A DNA stretch of 64,000 nt, from the IMG/VR virus record IMGVR_UViG_3300015050_001236, positions 3,050 through 67,049 of that record; one strand, given 5' to 3'. Origin of the DNA: a virus (taxonomy: Duplodnaviria; Caudoviricetes). The notes under the pieces were generated by a model, which saw only the letters and a program-made list of their open reading frames with translations, was not told the DNA's origin and did not search any database. Positions 59,709 to 64,000 of the stretch are shown here, one piece after another; the first letter of the stretch is position 1, and each line of letters begins with the position of its first letter. The position numbers and the translations under genes were made by a program.

Positions 59709-60742
59709 TCTGCGCCATTCCCTTCAGCTCGGAGCTTCTTGGCTTTTTCGGCCGCGTAAACGGCCAGTGGAATCCGCATTCGCTGGGCGAGAGCGACTTC
59801 GGAGTTTGTCAGCTCCACGCTGCGCGAGGGGTTGGTGCGCGTTTCACGCGAACCTTCCGCCACCACGTTCGTGCGCCGCGGAGCAGGAGCTGTTTCCCTG
59901 CGGCGCCCGCCGTCGTCATCCGACGGGAAGTCAAGATACTGATGCTCTGGGTACACGGCTTTCAGGCCCTTGTCCAATTCGCGCGTGTAATCAGCCGAGT
60001 TCGGCTGCACGCCGCGCGCCACCAGGTCGTAGTGGAGGCTCATCGCCTTGGCCGTCTTGGCCGAGTCGCGCTGCCACCAGTCACGATTGCGGCCGATCCA
60101 GCGCTCGACGTTCGGGGCGAGATTGCTGGCCGGCTGTTCCGGCTGGCGCTGCGGCTCGACCCGGCGCTCGCTGGCGGTGTCTTCGGCCTTCGGCGTGCGC
60201 GTCACGATCTGCGACAGCTGCGCCGTGGCCGAGCCGATATCGGCCGTTGCCTGTGCGATGGCGGCGCTGTCGCCGTCGGAATGCGCGGCACTCAGCCGGC
60301 GCTTGGCATCCTCGAGCTTGGCTTCCTGCGCCTCCCGCATCGATGCGGCGAGGGCCGATACGCCGGTGCGCTCGCGCTCCCGGAACTGGCGGTTCTCTTC
60401 CTCGCGGGTGCGCGCCAGCGCCACGGCGGCATCGCGCTCGCGCTCGGCGGCCTCACGACCACGCCGCTCGGTTTCCGTCTCGAAGCGCAGGCGATCGATG
60501 CGCTTCTGCACGTTCTTCGACAGGCCGCGCAGGTCGTCTTCCTGATCGAGGATCGACTTGTCGACACGCGTCGGCCGGCCGCGATCTTCCTCGGGCGTGT
60601 CATCGACGATGGTGTAGGCGTTCTGGTCCTCGGCATCGAGGTCGACCACCACGCGCTCCGGCAGGTCGTCGACGCTGTCGGGCAGCTTCTGCATCTTGTG
60701 CCGGTCATTGCCGGCGGGGGCGAAACCCTGGCGTCCAGCCAT
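59705..60742 (-). CDS. Scaffolding protein
   Basis: Acidic coiled coil; VQKRIDRL; V.LT.SE.ALA.R..IPL..YA. Confidence 0.7.
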   Translation of the reverse strand: MAGRQGFAPAGNDRHKMQKLPDSVDDLPERVVVDLDAEDQNAYTIVDDTPEEDRGRPTRVDKSILDQEDDLRGLSKNVQKRIDRLRFETETERRGREAAERERDAAVALARTREEENRQFRERERTGVSALAASMREAQEAKLEDAKRRLSAAHSDGDSAAIAQATADIGSATAQLSQIVTRTPKAEDTASERRVEPQRQPEQPASNLAPNVERWIGRNRDWWQRDSAKTAKAMSLHYDLVARGVQPNSADYTRELDKGLKAVYPEHQYLDFPSDDDGGRRRETAPAPRRTNVVAEGSRETRTNPSRSVELTNSEVALAQRMRIPLAVYAAEKAKKLRAEGNGAE

Positions 60743-61209
60743 CAGAGACCTCCGACCTCGGCGCCGTGCGGCACCGTGCCGACGATCAGGTCGTCACTCA
60801 GCATGCGGTACTCGACCATGTCGCCGCTCTCGGCGTCCTTGGACTTGAAGCGCATGCCGGAATAACGGGAGAACAGCACCGTGTCCCCTACCTTGCACCA
60901 CGGCCCGCCGGGGAACTTGCGCGGATCGGAGTAGCAATCGGAGCCCATCGCCAGCACCTGGCCGACGACAGTGGCTGCGCGCTCGCGTTCGTTGACGGTG
61001 TCGGGGATGTAGACCCCCGAGGCAGTCTGCTGCGCGAAAGTCGGCAGGGCGACCAGCATGTGGTAGCCGACCGGGTCGGGGAGGACCACGACTTCGGTAT
61101 CGCTTTCGTCGCGGGGGCGGTTCGGGGCCAGCGTCTTGGCGAGGCTGGGGTAGCTGGCGCGAAGGTCAGCTTTCAGTGCAGGCGATTCCTTCGCCAGTAG
61201 GTCAGTCAA
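60742..61209 (-). CDS. groES: GroES-like co-chaperonin
   Basis: P.GY.MLV...TASGVYIP...VGQVLAMG...PWCKVGDTVLF.RYSG...YR.L.DD.I.G.V. Confidence 0.85.
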   Translation of the reverse strand: MTDLLAKESPALKADLRASYPSLAKTLAPNRPRDESDTEVVVLPDPVGYHMLVALPTFAQQTASGVYIPDTVNERERAATVVGQVLAMGSDCYSDPRKFPGGPWCKVGDTVLFSRYSGMRFKSKDAESGDMVEYRMLSDDLIVGTVPHGAEVGGL

Positions 61210-61414
61210 GGTCGTCTCCTTGTTTCAGAAGTTCGGCAACTTCCTCATAGAGGTCGTCCAGTACGTTATAACGTGACAGCGCCGCTGTATAGTAGATGCC
61301 CACCTGGTCGGCGGCGAGCTTGTAATCGAGCGGCGCGGAGGCTGCATGCAGCGCGGCGGTGCGCCGGTCGGCGATGTGGCGCAGGATGCGATTGCCGGTC
61401 GGGATTTCAGCCAT
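61202..61414 (-). CDS. Small hypothetical protein
   Basis: Between portal and GroES; 70 aa. Confidence 0.65.
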   Translation of the reverse strand: MAEIPTGNRILRHIADRRTAALHAASAPLDYKLAADQVGIYYTAALSRYNVLDDLYEEVAELLKQGDDLD

Positions 61415-61415
61415 G

Positions 61416-63926
61416 TCAGTTCACCGTCCGGCTCATGGCCGCCCTGGCTTTCTCACGCTCACCGTCGCTCTTGACCCGGGCGACGAGCAGGTCGGCGACT
61501 TTGCCCATCATGCCCTGCCCGAGGTCGGACGCGATCTCGGCGGTGCGCAGCTGCACCTCGTCGGCGTGCGCACCCTTCTGGATCTCGGCGGCGAGCGTCG
61601 AGCGTTCGGTCTCGCTCATCTCCTTGAAGATGGTGAGCAGCACGTCCTTCAGCCGGTCGGCCTCGCGGGCGTCGATCTCGGCCAGCGCCTTGAGCCGCTT
61701 GGTGTCCTCTGCCTTGTCCTTGATGTCGAGGCTGCGGCGCTCGTTCTGGATGACAGGGTCTTCGAGCTGGTCGAGGATGTCCTGCGCCTGCGCTTCGGCC
61801 TTGTTCTTGTCGAGCAGCTTCTCGGCCGCCGCGGCGGCGAGCTGGCTGATCTGGTACTCGACATCCTCGGGCAGCGGCTCGCCGGGCGGCGGCAGCTGCA
61901 CGCCGAGCTGCTCCTCGATCTCCTGCCGGTACTGGAACGCCAGATGCTCGAGCACATGGGCGTTGGCGGCGGCGAGGATGCTCGGCGCCGACGGATTGTT
62001 GGTCAGCATCTTGACGACCTTGGGGTCCTCGGCGGCCGACATGTGGACGGTGATATGCGCGGCGTGGTCCTGGCCGATGCCGGCGCGCACCGGCTTGCCA
62101 GTGAGGATGTCCATGTTCTCGGTGACGGGGTCGCGGGGCAGCACGTCTTCCTCGGGCGGAATGTAGTAGTCGGCCTTCTCCGAGCCGAGCACCGTGATCA
62201 TGTCGCGGTGGACATTCTTCAGGTTGTAGATGTTCGGGGCGGTCTGCGTCAGCTGGATGATGGCCTGCATCACCATGATGCGCTGCGCCATGGTCGAGGC
62301 ATTCGGGTCGGCGACCGGGATGACGTCGACGGCGTCGCCGTAATCCTGGGCGCGCGTCGCCTGCTGGTCGCGGGTTTCGAGCTCGAACGGGTACGGGATT
62401 TCTCCCATGAAGTCCTTGATGATCTCAGCGAGGACCTTGAACTCGGACTTGAAGCTCTCGTAGAGCCGCTGCTGCACGGCGCTCATCACCTTCATCGAGC
62501 GCTCGATAATGGCGAGCGTCGTGCCGACCGGCATGTTCTGCCCGGTCATGTCGGTGATCTTCATGTCGGCGACGGAGCCGAGGCGGCGCCCTTCATCGAC
62601 GATCTGGCCGAGCAGCGCGGCAAGCACGGTGCTCGGCTCGCCGTAGGGCAGCGCGAAGAAACTCTCCTTGAGCGTCCCCATGCCGACCTCGACATCGCGC
62701 CATTCGCCCGGGCCGATCGGTGACGAGTCGTCCTTGATCCGCGCCTGCTTGGTCTTGTAACCGGCCGGCAGGTTGCTCAGCGTCCCGGCGTCGACCAGCT
62801 GGCGCAGGATCGACGTGGCGCTCTCGGTCAGGCCGCCGAGGATGTTGATCAGGCCGATACCGTAGGGACCGAAGCCCGGCATGTACTTGTGCTGGACGAG
62901 GTCGACCTGGCGTTCCATCGCCGCGTCGTTCTCGCGCCAGTTGCGGCGGATGCCGAGAACCTTCTGGCTGATATTGTCGACGGTGATGACATAGGGATGC
63001 GGGCGCTTGTCGGTGACCAGCGGATCGATGCCGTCGAAGAACCAGTCGATATGGCTCTCGTACAGGCGGTGCAGCGCGTCCTCGCCCGTGTTGGCGTCGG
63101 ACTTGCCTTCGATCTTGTCCTTTTCCCGAGTGATCTCGGTGTGCTTGGTCTGGCCCTGCCCGATCTTGACCTCGCGGTAAAAACCGTCGGCCATCATCGA
63201 TTCGATCCAGTTCACCGTCTTCGGCAGGATGATGGCGAAGCGATCGGCCGAGGCCAGGCTGGCCGCGGTGTAGGGCATGACGACATGCTCGGGCAGCACG
63301 TACTCGGCGGCCGGCGACTTGCGCTTGCTGTCAAAGCGCCACTTGCGGAAGGTCGTGCCGGCCATCGGCAGGTTGGTCAGCATCATGTCGGTTTCGGCGC
63401 GGAAGCCGGTGATGCGCTCGCCGAGCTGCCAGTTCATGTCGCGCCGGATGCGCTCGGCCTGCCGCTCCTTCTCGGGGGTGACCTTGCCGACCACCTGGGT
63501 CTTGACCGACCCGGCGGGCGGGAACAGGTCCATCATCGCCTGGGCGTTGAAGCGGATGACGCTTTCGAGCAGCAGCGGATGGAACGCGCCGCAGGCGCCC
63601 TCCCACGGATCGGTGCGCTCTTCGTACTTGAGGCCGAGGAGCTTGAGGCCGCGCGCGTAGGTCTTGCGCCACTCGGCACGGCCGCGCTCGTCTTCCTCGG
63701 TCAGCCGGTAGATCTCGCCGCCGAGCTTGTCGAGTTCGGCCTCGGTGAACAGGCTGGTGAGGTTGGCGTCGAAGGCCAGTTCGGCCGGGGCGTCCGGGGG
63801 TGTCGCGCCGTCGAAGTTGACGATCGCCCCGCCGTCCTCGTTCGGGATGATGGCGGCCGCCGCCGGGTCGAGGAGGTCGGGGTCAGCTGCGGCGATGCCC
63901 TGCCCGGCGAATGCTGCGTCAGCCAT
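61416..63926 (-). CDS. Portal protein
   Basis: GL.LLG...EERT.PW.GACG..HP.L.E..IRF; AGTLSNLPAG.K; ATG 63926 coupled to terL stop. Confidence 0.9.
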   Translation of the reverse strand: MADAAFAGQGIAAADPDLLDPAAAAIIPNEDGGAIVNFDGATPPDAPAELAFDANLTSLFTEAELDKLGGEIYRLTEEDERGRAEWRKTYARGLKLLGLKYEERTDPWEGACGAFHPLLLESVIRFNAQAMMDLFPPAGSVKTQVVGKVTPEKERQAERIRRDMNWQLGERITGFRAETDMMLTNLPMAGTTFRKWRFDSKRKSPAAEYVLPEHVVMPYTAASLASADRFAIILPKTVNWIESMMADGFYREVKIGQGQTKHTEITREKDKIEGKSDANTGEDALHRLYESHIDWFFDGIDPLVTDKRPHPYVITVDNISQKVLGIRRNWRENDAAMERQVDLVQHKYMPGFGPYGIGLINILGGLTESATSILRQLVDAGTLSNLPAGYKTKQARIKDDSSPIGPGEWRDVEVGMGTLKESFFALPYGEPSTVLAALLGQIVDEGRRLGSVADMKITDMTGQNMPVGTTLAIIERSMKVMSAVQQRLYESFKSEFKVLAEIIKDFMGEIPYPFELETRDQQATRAQDYGDAVDVIPVADPNASTMAQRIMVMQAIIQLTQTAPNIYNLKNVHRDMITVLGSEKADYYIPPEEDVLPRDPVTENMDILTGKPVRAGIGQDHAAHITVHMSAAEDPKVVKMLTNNPSAPSILAAANAHVLEHLAFQYRQEIEEQLGVQLPPPGEPLPEDVEYQISQLAAAAAEKLLDKNKAEAQAQDILDQLEDPVIQNERRSLDIKDKAEDTKRLKALAEIDAREADRLKDVLLTIFKEMSETERSTLAAEIQKGAHADEVQLRTAEIASDLGQGMMGKVADLLVARVKSDGEREKARAAMSRTVN

Positions 63927-64000
63927 CAATAGTACCTCTTGCGGCGGGGGCGCGGGATGTCGTCATCTTCCGGCTCGTCATTGGCGGTGCGGATCAGACC
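63926..64000 (-). CDS. terL: C-terminus of probable terminase large subunit (..GLIRTANDEPEDDDIPRPRRKRYY*)
   Basis: TGATG overlap with portal start; acidic then basic-YY tail typical of this position; only 24 codons visible. Confidence 0.55.
   Translation of the reverse strand, partial: GLIRTANDEPEDDDIPRPRRKRYY

Noticed and set aside
1-64000. Integrated prophage or host flanks
   Set aside because: No integrase, att-like repeat or host housekeeping gene seen; the whole window is phage-like.

Overview
The window is almost a whole, probably circularly permuted, high-GC tailed phage genome (podovirus-like). Its host is an alphaproteobacterium, inferred from the GcrA-, MucR/Ros- and GapR-like genes. 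Layout: (1) 1-3.3 kb, minus strand: terminase small subunit, an HNH endonuclease and small genes that probably lead into terL, whose last 24 codons reappear at the right edge. (2) 3.5-13.5 kb, plus strand: early accessory genes. (3) 13.5-14.7 kb, minus strand: a control module of HTH gene, hypothetical gene and small RNA, diverging from a strong sigma70-type promoter, a ~450-nt structured leader and a cluster containing an Acb2/Tad1-like gene. (4) 17-29.3 kb: replication and methylation genes (SF2 helicase, VRR-NUC, Cas4-like DUF2800 nuclease, SSB-like protein, C5 methyltransferase in two overlapping frames, PolA, amino-MTase, primase-helicase). (5) 29.3-31 kb: lysis cassette. (6) 31-64 kb, minus strand: virion module (portal, GroES, scaffold, major capsid, tailspike, SGNH esterase, tail, internal proteins, and a 3035-aa polyvalent protein). 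No integrase, tRNA or CRISPR array was seen. Best candidate for an undescribed system: a ~90-nt RNA at 13482-13575 (minus strand) with its own TTGACA-N17-CATATT promoter and intrinsic terminator. Its unpaired seed (GUUCCUUUCGG) is the reverse complement of a start-associated motif (GAAAGGAACC..GAACC..ATG) found in front of about 14 early and middle genes, which suggests a phage-wide translational switch. Further candidate RNAs lie at 14.73-15.17 kb and 57.46-57.53 kb. All family assignments come from motif recognition by eye; no searches were run.
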